This document shows positions 38,249 through 47,204 of a stretch of 56,832 nt of DNA, piece after piece. Below the pieces are notes generated by a model. The model saw only the letters and a list, made by a program, of their open reading frames with translations. It was not told the origin of the DNA and made no database searches. The stretch covers positions 1 to 56,832 of the IMG/VR virus record IMGVR_UViG_3300020152_000004; one strand, given 5' to 3'. This DNA comes from a virus (Duplodnaviria; Caudoviricetes). The translations under genes and the position numbers were made by a program. Each line of letters begins with the position of its first letter. Position 1 is the first letter of the stretch.

Positions 38249-39689
38249 CCCGTTCGGGCCGGGATGGATCACGGAACCACTCAACGACGCCAATTGCCCG
38301 CACTGTGTTGCCGGATGCACATGCCTCCGTGTTTGGCCCGCCTCACCAGCAGTGCAGGTAGACGCAGCCACGACACTCGCGGAGCTGGATCACATTCTCG
38401 GCTCGGTGGACATACCGCACGCACGCAACGGCGTCATGGTGCCGATCATCGAGCGAGCAGAGCAGTTTCGGGACACGGTGCGCAGGCAGGATAGCATAAT
38501 TGAGGCGCTGAAGGCGGGCGCTCCCGTCATCAAGTGCTGCGAGCATTGCGAACTGTGCGCGGCCGAACGGGACGACCCGGACAATCCGTGGGAACCAGCT
38601 AAAGGGGGCGACGAGCCGGGGATGCTAAAGCACTCCGGGTCCGCAGAAGCGGTCCAGCTCTCGCCTGCCCCCGATCAGTTACGGAGCGCGCTGGAGAAGA
38701 TCGTCGGGCTGACGTTCGACTCGCCGCTCGATCCGCCGCCATACAACGATCGGTCCCACATGCACAACAAGATCGTGCTTGTGAATCGCGCCGCACGGCA
38801 GGCGCTCGACGCATGGGCGGCCATGCAGCCCGACGCCGAGCGGGTAGAAGCAGCCACGATTCCGGATACGACCCTCATGGACACGTATATCGGTCCGGTT
38901 CGGTTGCAGCCCGACGCCTCACAGGCAGCCGCGATTCAGGACGACATGCGGACGCTGCTGGAGCTGCTCGGGCTACCGACGCACGCGCGGGATAAATCGC
39001 CTCGGGAAGTCATGCAGGGCGAAATCATTCCTGCCGTCCGTGGACTCGTGCAGCCCGACGCCGAGCGGGGCACAGTGCAGGCTATGCCGATCATCGAGGT
39101 GCGGCAGATGGATTGGATACCGGGATTCGCCGCGTTCGTGGACGGCGCCGAAGGTCCGCAAGGCGAGGCGCAGGTCGTGCTCAACGTGGGCGCGCTGGTC
39201 GCAGCCGTGGACATGGAAGACATCGACGCATCGGAGGTGCCGTACTTCGTGGCCGAGAGCATCATGCACGAAGTCATGCACGTACTGGAAAAATGGGCGG
39301 GTGTCGAGTTCAGCGAGGATCGCATCGAAGCCCTCACGGATCGCTACCGTGCCGCCGCATCTGGCGCTCCTGAGAGTGTCGTAAAGGGAGAGGCAATCAG
39401 CGCACCGGCAGAGCGAGCAGCGAAAGCTTGGATAGCCGGCGTAGCGACGAGGACGAGCCAGCGTTATACGCTTGCCTGCAACCCTGCCGCATACGCCCGC
39501 GACGTTGCTGATCTCACTGCCCTGATCGCCCGCGAGTTCGGGGCCGCGCACACCGATGGAGTGAAAGAACGGGCAGAGCGGATCGCACGGGAGTTTTACT
39601 GCCACATGATCGTTGAGGCAGAGGTCGCTCGCCTCGCAGCACGGATCGCCCGCGAGTTCGGACCCGATGGGCAGGAGGATGCACGATGA
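38241..39689 (+). CDS. Mosaic hypothetical protein with HExxH motif
   Basis: GGGAGG RBS; modules separated by QPDA repeats; IMHEVMH; IAREF three times. Confidence 0.65.
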   Translation: MGNPFGPGWITEPLNDANCPHCVAGCTCLRVWPASPAVQVDAATTLAELDHILGSVDIPHARNGVMVPIIERAEQFRDTVRRQDSIIEALKAGAPVIKCCEHCELCAAERDDPDNPWEPAKGGDEPGMLKHSGSAEAVQLSPAPDQLRSALEKIVGLTFDSPLDPPPYNDRSHMHNKIVLVNRAARQALDAWAAMQPDAERVEAATIPDTTLMDTYIGPVRLQPDASQAAAIQDDMRTLLELLGLPTHARDKSPREVMQGEIIPAVRGLVQPDAERGTVQAMPIIEVRQMDWIPGFAAFVDGAEGPQGEAQVVLNVGALVAAVDMEDIDASEVPYFVAESIMHEVMHVLEKWAGVEFSEDRIEALTDRYRAAASGAPESVVKGEAISAPAERAAKAWIAGVATRTSQRYTLACNPAAYARDVADLTALIAREFGAAHTDGVKERAERIAREFYCHMIVEAEVARLAARIAREFGPDGQEDAR

Positions 39690-39958
39690 GCGACGAGCTG
39701 GTTACGGTCGAGGAGCTGCGCGAGTTCGCCGCCGAGATGACGCGGGCGTCCGAGCTGTACCGCACAAATTCCAAGTTCGCCCCGGATGAAGCACGGCGAG
39801 CGCCACGACCCGCAACCGTTCTGATCGTTGATCTTTCAATCTGGGTTGGTGTAGCTTTGAACATAGACGTCATGAGTTCCGGACCTTCCGCGGTCCCCTT
39901 CCTTGCGCCGAGATGCGCAACGGAAGCGGGACCGCGCGTCGTTGTAGGAGACAGGTAG
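39686..39958 (+). CDS. Hypothetical protein (3' half overlaps the late promoter/leader; possibly a remnant)
   Basis: GGAGGA RBS and ATGA overlap support the start; C-terminal half looks non-coding. Confidence 0.35.
   Translation: MSDELVTVEELREFAAEMTRASELYRTNSKFAPDEARRAPRPATVLIVDLSIWVGVALNIDVMSSGPSAVPFLAPRCATEAGPRVVVGDR
39828..39857 (+). promoter_or_regulatory. sigma70-type promoter for the Zn-ribbon regulator / packaging operon
   Basis: TTGATC(39828-33)-18 nt-TAGCTT(39852-57) in an AT-rich patch. Confidence 0.5.
39881..39936 (+). promoter_or_regulatory. UUCCGC-loop hairpin (copy 3) and competing 20-bp hairpin
   Basis: GGACC-TTCCGC-GGTCC (39881-96) overlaps cgcggtccc-cttcc-ttgcgc/gcgcaa-c-ggaag-c-gggaccgcg (39889-936); no U-tract; AGGAG RBS 10 nt downstream. 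Confidence 0.65.
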
Positions 39959-39959
39959 C

Positions 39960-40229
39960 ATGAGCCGACCACCACTGCGCGCATACCGCGGGAAGGTCTA
40001 CCGATGCGCGGATCCACTCTGCGGCCGCAAGCGGGAGCGTGATGCATTCGGCCAGTGGCGCATTTACAAATGCGACAACTGCGGGCTCGACATGTACGTG
40101 GAGGCTCGCGCGGACAAGACGGAAGTCGTGGGACTGACGCCCGAGCAGGCGACATACATCCGGCAGAACCTGGATGGCGCCGGGCCCGGTGAGGTTCTGT
40201 TCTTCCTGGGCGTCGCCGAGTCGCTATGA
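39960..40229 (+). CDS. Small C4 Zn-ribbon protein (Com-like; candidate late regulator)
   Basis: RCADPLCGR...YKCDNCG, basic N-terminus; directly downstream of the conserved leader element. Confidence 0.65.
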   Translation: MSRPPLRAYRGKVYRCADPLCGRKRERDAFGQWRIYKCDNCGLDMYVEARADKTEVVGLTPEQATYIRQNLDGAGPGEVLFFLGVAESL

Positions 40230-40237
40230 CGGCGAGA

Positions 40238-40432
40238 TCACCGCTTCATCTCGCGGGCGACGTCGCGCAGCGCGCGGAGAAGGAACGGAGGAGCTGCGCG
40301 GTGGTGCGGAGATCCCGCCGGCTGCTCCCATCGCCAGACCGTGTGCCTATTGACGTCCAGGGCCGACGCCAGCTCGTCCAGCGTCATGCGCAGCCGGCGC
40401 TCGCGGAAGGTTCGGATTTCGTCGGGCGTCAT
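40238..40432 (-). CDS. XRE-family HTH protein
   Basis: MTPDEIRTFRERRLRMTLDELASALDVNRHTVWRWE. Confidence 0.8.
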   Translation of the reverse strand: MTPDEIRTFRERRLRMTLDELASALDVNRHTVWRWEQPAGSPHHRAAPPFLLRALRDVAREMKR

Positions 40433-40520
40433 GACGAAACGCTATCCCTCGTGAAACTGGCGCGCACCGCTCAACGGGCGTACCGTGTGCCGTTGGCACA
40501 CTGGAAATGGAGCGCAGAGC

Positions 40521-40703
40521 ATGAGGGATCTTCACAGCCGGGCGGCGCAGCTGGTCAAGGACGCATTCGAGCGTTCACGCGAACGGGAGATCGAGATCCG
40601 CGCCGAGAGCTGGCCACAGGACCCGCCAGCCGATGCGAACGCGGACTCGCAGGCGTGGGCCTATGTGCTGGCCGTGCTCGAGGAGCGAAAACCACCGAAG
40701 TAG
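40521..40703 (+). CDS. Hypothetical protein
   Basis: GGAG RBS, 60 aa. Confidence 0.5.
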   Translation: MRDLHSRAAQLVKDAFERSREREIEIRAESWPQDPPADANADSQAWAYVLAVLEERKPPK

Positions 40704-40710
40704 GAATGCC

Positions 40711-42090
40711 ATGAGGATCATCAACGAAACCACGGAGCTGGTACCTGTCACGCAGCTCCGGCCGCACCCGAAGAACGCGCGCGCCGGCGACGTTGATGAA
40801 ATCCATTCGAGCATCCGGGACAATGGCTTCTACGGGTCGCTGGTCGTGCAGCGATCGACCGGGTACATCCTCGCAGGTAACCACCGCTTCCAAGGCGCGC
40901 TGCGCGCCGGCGCGCGCACGCTGCCGGTCACTTGGGTCGACGTTGACGACACCACGGCGCTCCGCATCCTGCTCGTCGACAACCGCACGAACGACCTCGC
41001 CGGGTACGATGATGTCGCGCTGACCAACCTGCTTGAGGAGATCCTCGAGGAGAGCGGCACCCTGGACGGGACCGGCTACGACCGTGACGCACTGGACGAG
41101 CTGCTCGCGCATGTCGCGGAGGAGGAAGCCCGCGACGAGGGCGACACGTTGATCGTCCTCCCCGAGGCGCCGAAGTCCCAGCGCGGGGAGGTGTATGAGC
41201 TCGGGCCGCACCGGCTGATGTGCGGCGACAGCACGGACCTCCGCGACGTGCAGCGGCTGATGGGCGGCGATCGCGCGCACCTCGTGAATACGGACCCGCC
41301 ATATGGTGTGTCGTACCAGGGCACGGGGTTCGACGTCATCCAGAATGACAACCTGCGCGGCGACGATCTGCTGAGCATCTTGATGCCGGCGCTGCAGCTC
41401 GCGGCCGAGTTCGCGGTGGAGAACGCGGCGTTCTACATCTGGCACGCCAGCTCGACGCGGAAAGACTTCGAGTGGGCCATGGACGCGGCCGGCCTCGAGG
41501 AGAAGCAGTACATCCTCTGGGCCAAGGACTCATTCGTCCTCGGGCACGCCGACTACCACTGGCAGCACGAGCCCTGCTTTTATGCCCGGAAGGTCGGCTG
41601 CACCCCACCGTTCTATGCCGACCGCACTCAGAGTACCGTGTGGCGGTTCGCCGCTCGGCGCGCATCCGGCGAACGGAGCGTCGCGCTCGCGAACGGGATC
41701 CGCATATCCAACGGCGCCGGGGCCGAGGTTTACGTTCAGCCGCAGGCGCCGAAGACGCGCCGCACGCGTCTCGTCCGCCTGCACGCCGGCGAATCAGTGC
41801 TGCTCGTCCCCGGACCGGGCGGTGTCACGGACCTCTGGGACGTGAAGCTGGACACCGATGCGTACCAGCATCCCACGCAGAAGCCTGTCGCGCTCGCGGT
41901 GAACGCGATTCAGAACAGTTCGCGCCCAGGCGACATCGTGCTCGACCTGTTCGGTGGTGGGGGATTCACGCTGCTCGGAGCGGAGGCCACAAAGCGCGTC
42001 GCGCGCGTAATGGAGCTGGACCCGCGCTACTGTGACGTCATCCGCCGTCGCTACGCCGAATTCGCGGGTCGGCCGGAGCTCGCGCCGTGA
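40711..42090 (+). CDS. ParB-like N-domain fused to a DNA N4/N6 methyltransferase
   Basis: PHPKNAR...AGNHR...DNR ParB motifs; TDPPYGV, HPTQKPV, VLDLFGGGG, ELDPRYCDVI. Confidence 0.9.
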   Translation: MRIINETTELVPVTQLRPHPKNARAGDVDEIHSSIRDNGFYGSLVVQRSTGYILAGNHRFQGALRAGARTLPVTWVDVDDTTALRILLVDNRTNDLAGYDDVALTNLLEEILEESGTLDGTGYDRDALDELLAHVAEEEARDEGDTLIVLPEAPKSQRGEVYELGPHRLMCGDSTDLRDVQRLMGGDRAHLVNTDPPYGVSYQGTGFDVIQNDNLRGDDLLSILMPALQLAAEFAVENAAFYIWHASSTRKDFEWAMDAAGLEEKQYILWAKDSFVLGHADYHWQHEPCFYARKVGCTPPFYADRTQSTVWRFAARRASGERSVALANGIRISNGAGAEVYVQPQAPKTRRTRLVRLHAGESVLLVPGPGGVTDLWDVKLDTDAYQHPTQKPVALAVNAIQNSSRPGDIVLDLFGGGGFTLLGAEATKRVARVMELDPRYCDVIRRRYAEFAGRPELAP

Positions 42091-42707
42091 AGAATCTCCG
42101 CTGCTCGGACTTCGGTGGCCGGCGGAAGTCGGGAGCTGCGTGCGGCCGTGCGCCTGGGTGGGGCACGGACAAGGACACGGGCCCATGCAAGGACCACGTG
42201 GCCATCGTGGCCGCTGCGGCCGAGACCGGCATCAAGGTCCGGAACCAGACCGCGTTCCTGGCAGCGATGCGGCGCACAGGCAACATCAGCGCGGCCGCGC
42301 GCGCGGCGAACGTCGACCGCTCGATGCATTACACGTGGCTCGAGCAGGACTTCAACTACCGAAAGTCATTCGAGGACGCCAAGGCGGAGTCGATCGAGGT
42401 CCTCGAGGCGGAAGCGCGGCGCCGCGCGATCGCCGGCATCAAGCGGCTGAAGTTCACACGCAATGGCAAGCCGATCATCGATCCGAAGACCGGCGAGCCC
42501 TATGTGGAGCACGCGTACAGCGACACCCTGCTGATCTTCCTGCTGAAGGCGGAGGCGCCGGAGAAGTACCGCGAGCGCCTGGACGTCAGCGGACCCGGGG
42601 GCGGTCCAATCGCGACGGTGGCGGAGCACAGTCTGAGCGGGAAGTCTCTCGCCGAGCTCGCGGCCATGCGCGCTACGCTGCTCGCACAGTCGGCCGGCAC
42701 CGAATGA
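42087..42707 (+). CDS. Terminase small subunit
   Basis: FL......GNISAAARAANV.RS..Y.W, LEAEARRRA, YSDTLLIFLLK...PEKYRE; N-terminal C..C..C..H Zn motif. Confidence 0.82.
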   Translation: MKNLRCSDFGGRRKSGAACGRAPGWGTDKDTGPCKDHVAIVAAAAETGIKVRNQTAFLAAMRRTGNISAAARAANVDRSMHYTWLEQDFNYRKSFEDAKAESIEVLEAEARRRAIAGIKRLKFTRNGKPIIDPKTGEPYVEHAYSDTLLIFLLKAEAPEKYRERLDVSGPGGGPIATVAEHSLSGKSLAELAAMRATLLAQSAGTE

Positions 42708-44515
42708 TGATGACGAACGACGAGGTGCGGCGGATCCTCACGCCCATGTCGCAGGACGAGCTGCTCAAGCTGATCGCGTCACCAGCGGACACCGGGCACA
42801 TCCCACCTGAAGTACTGCTCGGCTCCGACCTCGTCGCCGTGCCCGAGGCCGGGGAGGATGGCGTCCGTTGCCGTCTCATGCCGCGTACGACTGCGACCGA
42901 CCTGGTGCGCGTCGAGCGGGAGCTCGTCCGCATCGCGCCTGCGCCGGCGCAGGACGTCGAGTGGCACCTCTGCAAGCACGATCGCGCATACTTCATTGCA
43001 CGGTGGCTGGACATCGAGACGAAGTTCCCGATCGGTAAGGACCGCAGCACGCCGTTCCTGCCGTTCCTCTATCAGCTGCGCATCATCCGGCTCTACGACC
43101 GCGCACGCGCCGAGCAGCGCGGCATCTTCGAAGAGAAGTCGCGCCAGCTGGGACTCAGCTGGCTGTGGATGGCGCTCTTCCTCCACGGCCTGCTGTTCGA
43201 GGACCAGGCATCGTTCTTCGCGACATCCCGACGCCAGGACGAGGTGGATGACGGCGGCCGTGGCAGCACCACGAAAAGCATCTTCGGCCGGCTGCGGTTC
43301 ATGTACGAGCGGCTGCCTGCATTCCTGCGCCAGGACTCGGCCACTCACAAGGACGTCCTCACGTTCAAACTGCTGAGCGTGCTGCACACGACGTCTGGGT
43401 CGTACCTCTCGGGCGAGGCCGCGACGGCGAATATCGGCCGCGGCGGCAGCTTCACGGTCGGCCTCCTGGATGAGTTCGCGCACATCGAGCAATCCGAGTC
43501 CGCATGGGCATCCGCGGATGAGGCCATCCAATGCCCGATCGTGAGCAGTACTCCATTCGGCGAGGACAACAAGTTCGCGGATCTCCGGGACAAACTCGCG
43601 CGGCCGAAGAATGACAGCGAGCGGGAGGTGCGGAAGCGCTTCCTGGTCTCGCGCTCGCACTGGTCGGAGCATCCGTATTTCGCGCGCGGCATTGCGCGCG
43701 GCGAGGACGGCCGCCTGACGTCGCCGTGGTACCGGCGTGCGTGCGCAACGAAGACACCTGAGAAGGCGGCGCAGGAGTATGACATCGCCTACGCGGGTTC
43801 TTTGCCCGGACGGTTCTTCCCAGAGTTCAGCCGCGGCGTGCATGTCCCTCTCGAGGAGATCGCGCTCCACACCGGCTACTGGTTCTACCTGTCGGCCGAT
43901 CACGGCCTCTCGGACACGGAAGTATGGGGTCTGTGGCAGACGGACGGGTCCACGTTCGCCGAGCTGCTCGACGAATGGCACTCCGTTCCGGAAGGGTCAC
44001 ACCATGGCGTGGACCTGACGAGCCGCGAAGTCGCGGCAGGCATCGTGGAATGGCTGCGCGAGGAATGGGGCCTCCCGCTCGGCCGCATCGAGGGCATCAT
44101 CCCGGATCCGGCTGGCGGCGCGCGTGATGAAACGTCGGGACAGTCGCATCACGACCTGCTGAAGGCGACCTGGAGCAGGCTCGGACAGAAGATCCCGGCG
44201 TGGTGGCCCGCCAACAACTCGATCGTCGACGGTATCGAGTCCACACGTCTGCTGCTCGCCGGCACCTACAACGGGAAGACATTCCGGCTCCGCGTCTCCC
44301 CGCGCTGCACGCTCACGATCGACAGCCTGATCAACTATCGCAGGCGGACGCTGCGTGACGGCCGGGTGACGGATCAGGAGCACAAGGACTGGACGAACCA
44401 CGCGGCCGACATGTTCCGCTATTTCTGTCACACGATGTTCCCCGCGATCGGCGACGTCGCAATCGAAATGCTCGAGCCGCACGCGTACACCTCCGCAACG
44501 CAGGGAAGGATCTGA
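42704..44515 (+). CDS. Terminase large subunit
   Basis: KSRQLGLSW Walker A, VGLLDEFA Walker B, SSTPFG, nuclease SADHG and NHAADMFRY. Confidence 0.92.
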   Translation: MMMTNDEVRRILTPMSQDELLKLIASPADTGHIPPEVLLGSDLVAVPEAGEDGVRCRLMPRTTATDLVRVERELVRIAPAPAQDVEWHLCKHDRAYFIARWLDIETKFPIGKDRSTPFLPFLYQLRIIRLYDRARAEQRGIFEEKSRQLGLSWLWMALFLHGLLFEDQASFFATSRRQDEVDDGGRGSTTKSIFGRLRFMYERLPAFLRQDSATHKDVLTFKLLSVLHTTSGSYLSGEAATANIGRGGSFTVGLLDEFAHIEQSESAWASADEAIQCPIVSSTPFGEDNKFADLRDKLARPKNDSEREVRKRFLVSRSHWSEHPYFARGIARGEDGRLTSPWYRRACATKTPEKAAQEYDIAYAGSLPGRFFPEFSRGVHVPLEEIALHTGYWFYLSADHGLSDTEVWGLWQTDGSTFAELLDEWHSVPEGSHHGVDLTSREVAAGIVEWLREEWGLPLGRIEGIIPDPAGGARDETSGQSHHDLLKATWSRLGQKIPAWWPANNSIVDGIESTRLLLAGTYNGKTFRLRVSPRCTLTIDSLINYRRRTLRDGRVTDQEHKDWTNHAADMFRYFCHTMFPAIGDVAIEMLEPHAYTSATQGRI

Positions 44516-44518
44516 CCA

Positions 44519-46207
44519 ATGGGCACGTTTGCAACCTCTGTGATGGGATGGCTGTCGGCACTGGTCGATGAGGGGAAGCTGCTGCCCTACAAGGGCGAGT
44601 GGGTCCCCTCCGATCACCATGAACGGCTCCGACAGTACGAGATCTTCCGGGCGCTTACGGAGAACCGATTCGGCGCTCTGCTGCGAAGCAAGGAAACGGG
44701 GAAGAAGCTGCGCGGATACGGCGACTATGCGCTGATCGTCGACACGAGCCGCGACGCAGTGCTCGGGGACCGCGTTGAGATTGAGGTCCCCGGATCCACG
44801 GATGAGAAGAACGCCGGCGCCGTTGCACGCAAGGCGTTCCTGGACCGGTGGGCGCGGAACGAGCGCTGGGCGTCGAAGCTCTACCGAGCCGAGACCGACG
44901 CTGCGGCCGTGGGCGACTGCGTCTATGAGCTGCGGCCCGATGGTAGCCGCCTGCGCCTGCGCACGCACGACCCTGAGTCATTTTTCCCGGTGTGGGTCAA
45001 TGCGGAGGGCGACTTCGATGAGGCGTATCTCGCTTGGGAGGAGCTGAACACCGCGCAGTATCTGCCGGTGCGTCCGGGGAACATGACCGACATCCGGAAC
45101 CGGGACGGCGAGGTCATCGTGTACCGCCGACACTACCGGGTGATCTCGCGCGAGCGGGCTACCGAGCTCGGGATCACACTCGTCGGTGCGCGCAGCCGAA
45201 AGGAGATCTGCATCGTCTCGGCCGGATGGTACCGCATCGAGACGAAGGGCGGCGCCGCTGCAGTGGGTCTCGAGTACCTGCAGCTGCTCGGTTCAGAGCT
45301 GCTCGACGACGACACCCCGATCGTGAACCTGGACACGGGCTTCGACACTGTGCCGGTGTTCTATGTACCGAACCGCGAGGCGACGAATCAGCCATGGGGG
45401 CTGCCGGAGGGTGAGGCCGTGCTGCAACTCCTCCTGGATGCGTCACAGGACGCGACCGACCTGAAGGACAACACGTTTCACAACGCGTTCCCGATCCTGT
45501 ACGACGAGAATCCGCCGATCGCGACGTTGCCGCGGCCGGGCCAGCAGGGCGCAGCGACCCAATCCTCTGAGAAGTACCGGCCGGGCACGATCTACAACGG
45601 GCGGAAGCTCGGGACCGTCGACATGTCGAAGGGCAACACGATCCTGCTCGAGCACGAGAAGTGGCTGATCACGAAGGCCCTGTCGAACTCCCGCACGACG
45701 CTGATCGCGGCGGGGAAGCTCGAGGTGGGAGAAATTCCGTCGGGCATCGCGCTTCTGATCGCCATGCTGCCCCTGTTCTCGAAGACGCTGCCGAAGCGCA
45801 CGACGCGGCGGGACAAGCTCGGGATGCTGCTGAAGCATGTGATTCGCTGGCACCGCGAGTTCGGAAGGCCGTCCGACTTCTTCGGCGCGGCGCAGCCGGC
45901 GGACGGGCAGGGCAGTGCAGAGCCACAGTGGCCCGCGGGCATCTGGAACAGCGAGGAGGCATACCCGTCGTTCGGATCGATCATCCCGATCGATCGCACC
46001 CAGGTCTCCGAGATCGTCGCGAGCCTCCTGCACGCGGACGCCATCAGTGACGAGGTCGCAGTCGAGATGCTGCAGCAGGCGGGCTTCCCCATCCACGACG
46101 CAGCGGAGGAAGTGCAGCGGATCAAGGAGCGCCGCGCCCTCCCAGTGGGCGCTCCGGGCAGCGGGCTCGGGAATCAAGGCATCGCTATCCCGGGGATCGA
46201 CGCGTAG
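44519..46207 (+). CDS. Portal protein
   Basis: 562 aa directly after TerL; GD.VY, VPVFYVPN, SGIAL patterns of SPP1 gp6-like portals. Confidence 0.82.
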   Translation: MGTFATSVMGWLSALVDEGKLLPYKGEWVPSDHHERLRQYEIFRALTENRFGALLRSKETGKKLRGYGDYALIVDTSRDAVLGDRVEIEVPGSTDEKNAGAVARKAFLDRWARNERWASKLYRAETDAAAVGDCVYELRPDGSRLRLRTHDPESFFPVWVNAEGDFDEAYLAWEELNTAQYLPVRPGNMTDIRNRDGEVIVYRRHYRVISRERATELGITLVGARSRKEICIVSAGWYRIETKGGAAAVGLEYLQLLGSELLDDDTPIVNLDTGFDTVPVFYVPNREATNQPWGLPEGEAVLQLLLDASQDATDLKDNTFHNAFPILYDENPPIATLPRPGQQGAATQSSEKYRPGTIYNGRKLGTVDMSKGNTILLEHEKWLITKALSNSRTTLIAAGKLEVGEIPSGIALLIAMLPLFSKTLPKRTTRRDKLGMLLKHVIRWHREFGRPSDFFGAAQPADGQGSAEPQWPAGIWNSEEAYPSFGSIIPIDRTQVSEIVASLLHADAISDEVAVEMLQQAGFPIHDAAEEVQRIKERRALPVGAPGSGLGNQGIAIPGIDA

Positions 46208-46209
46208 GC

Positions 46210-46701
46210 ATGACTGACACGGAGACCGAAACGATCAAGGACTGGTCACCCGGCGTACTGCGTGACTTTGCCCATCTCTTCTGCGGCGAGCATCTGGGTG
46301 GCGGCATCGGACGACAGGTCTATGTTCTGCTGACCGATCCCACCAAGGTTGTGAAGATCGAGACCCAGGCGTACAGCTTCCAGAACGCACTCGAGTGGTC
46401 GACATGGAAGGAACTGTCGGAGACGAAACTGTCGCAGTATCTGGCGCCATGCCATTTCATCTCCCCGTGCGGCATGGCCCTGATCCAATCGCGGGTTCAG
46501 CCCCTGCCAACCGCGGCTGAGGAGAAGGCCGCGGGGACGAACGTGCTGAAGGACGTGAGGCTGCCGCGGTTCCTGACAGACTTCAAACGCGGCAATTACG
46601 GGATCCTCGACGGACGGGTCGTGGCATGTGACTACGGGACCCACCTGGCGATCGGCTACGGCGCCACGCGCCACCTGCGGAAGCCCGACTGGTGGGAATG
46701 A
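46210..46701 (+). CDS. Minimal protein-kinase-like protein
   Basis: HLGGGIGRQVY Gly loop, VVK lysine, NALE alphaC Glu, DFKRGN catalytic loop, DYG. Confidence 0.75.
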   Translation: MTDTETETIKDWSPGVLRDFAHLFCGEHLGGGIGRQVYVLLTDPTKVVKIETQAYSFQNALEWSTWKELSETKLSQYLAPCHFISPCGMALIQSRVQPLPTAAEEKAAGTNVLKDVRLPRFLTDFKRGNYGILDGRVVACDYGTHLAIGYGATRHLRKPDWWE

Positions 46702-47204
46702 CGCTGAAGGTGCGGCCGGAAGCTGCCGCCCAGATCGCGCAGCTCTGCGCAGATGCCCCCCAGCTGGAAACCGGCGGCGTCCTCGTCGGCTGGAGGTACA
46801 ATGAGGTCGCCGCGGAGGTGGTCCATGCGACCGGGCCGGGACCGAATGCCCTACTACAGGCCCGGGAGATGGAGTGGGACCCGAGCTACATCCAGGGCAT
46901 CATGGACGGAATCCAGCTCACCCGGGGGGGCTTTGGCATCATCGGGCGCTGGCACAAACACGCCGCTCCCGTCATACTTGCGAGTCAGCAGGATCGGCAC
47001 GGCGCCGAATGGTTCCGGATGGCGATCGCACCGGAAGACGCCACGGTGGAGCTGATCGTCGGGACCGGCGAAAATGACATGCCGCTCGCCTACGGTGCAT
47101 ATCTATGTACGTGCGACGGACTGCAGCGAATCGAGTGCGAGACGGACGCCACTGATGATGAAGAGCTTTCCCCCCGCCAACTGGCGCCAGCAGATACGGC
47201 GTAA
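46698..47204 (+). CDS. JAB/Mov34/MPN+ (JAMM) metalloprotease
   Basis: ETGGVLVG...ATGPG...WHKH-x7-SQQD gives a complete E/HxH-x7-SxxD motif; ATGA-coupled to the kinase. Confidence 0.85.
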   Translation: MTLKVRPEAAAQIAQLCADAPQLETGGVLVGWRYNEVAAEVVHATGPGPNALLQAREMEWDPSYIQGIMDGIQLTRGGFGIIGRWHKHAAPVILASQQDRHGAEWFRMAIAPEDATVELIVGTGENDMPLAYGAYLCTCDGLQRIECETDATDDEELSPRQLAPADTA

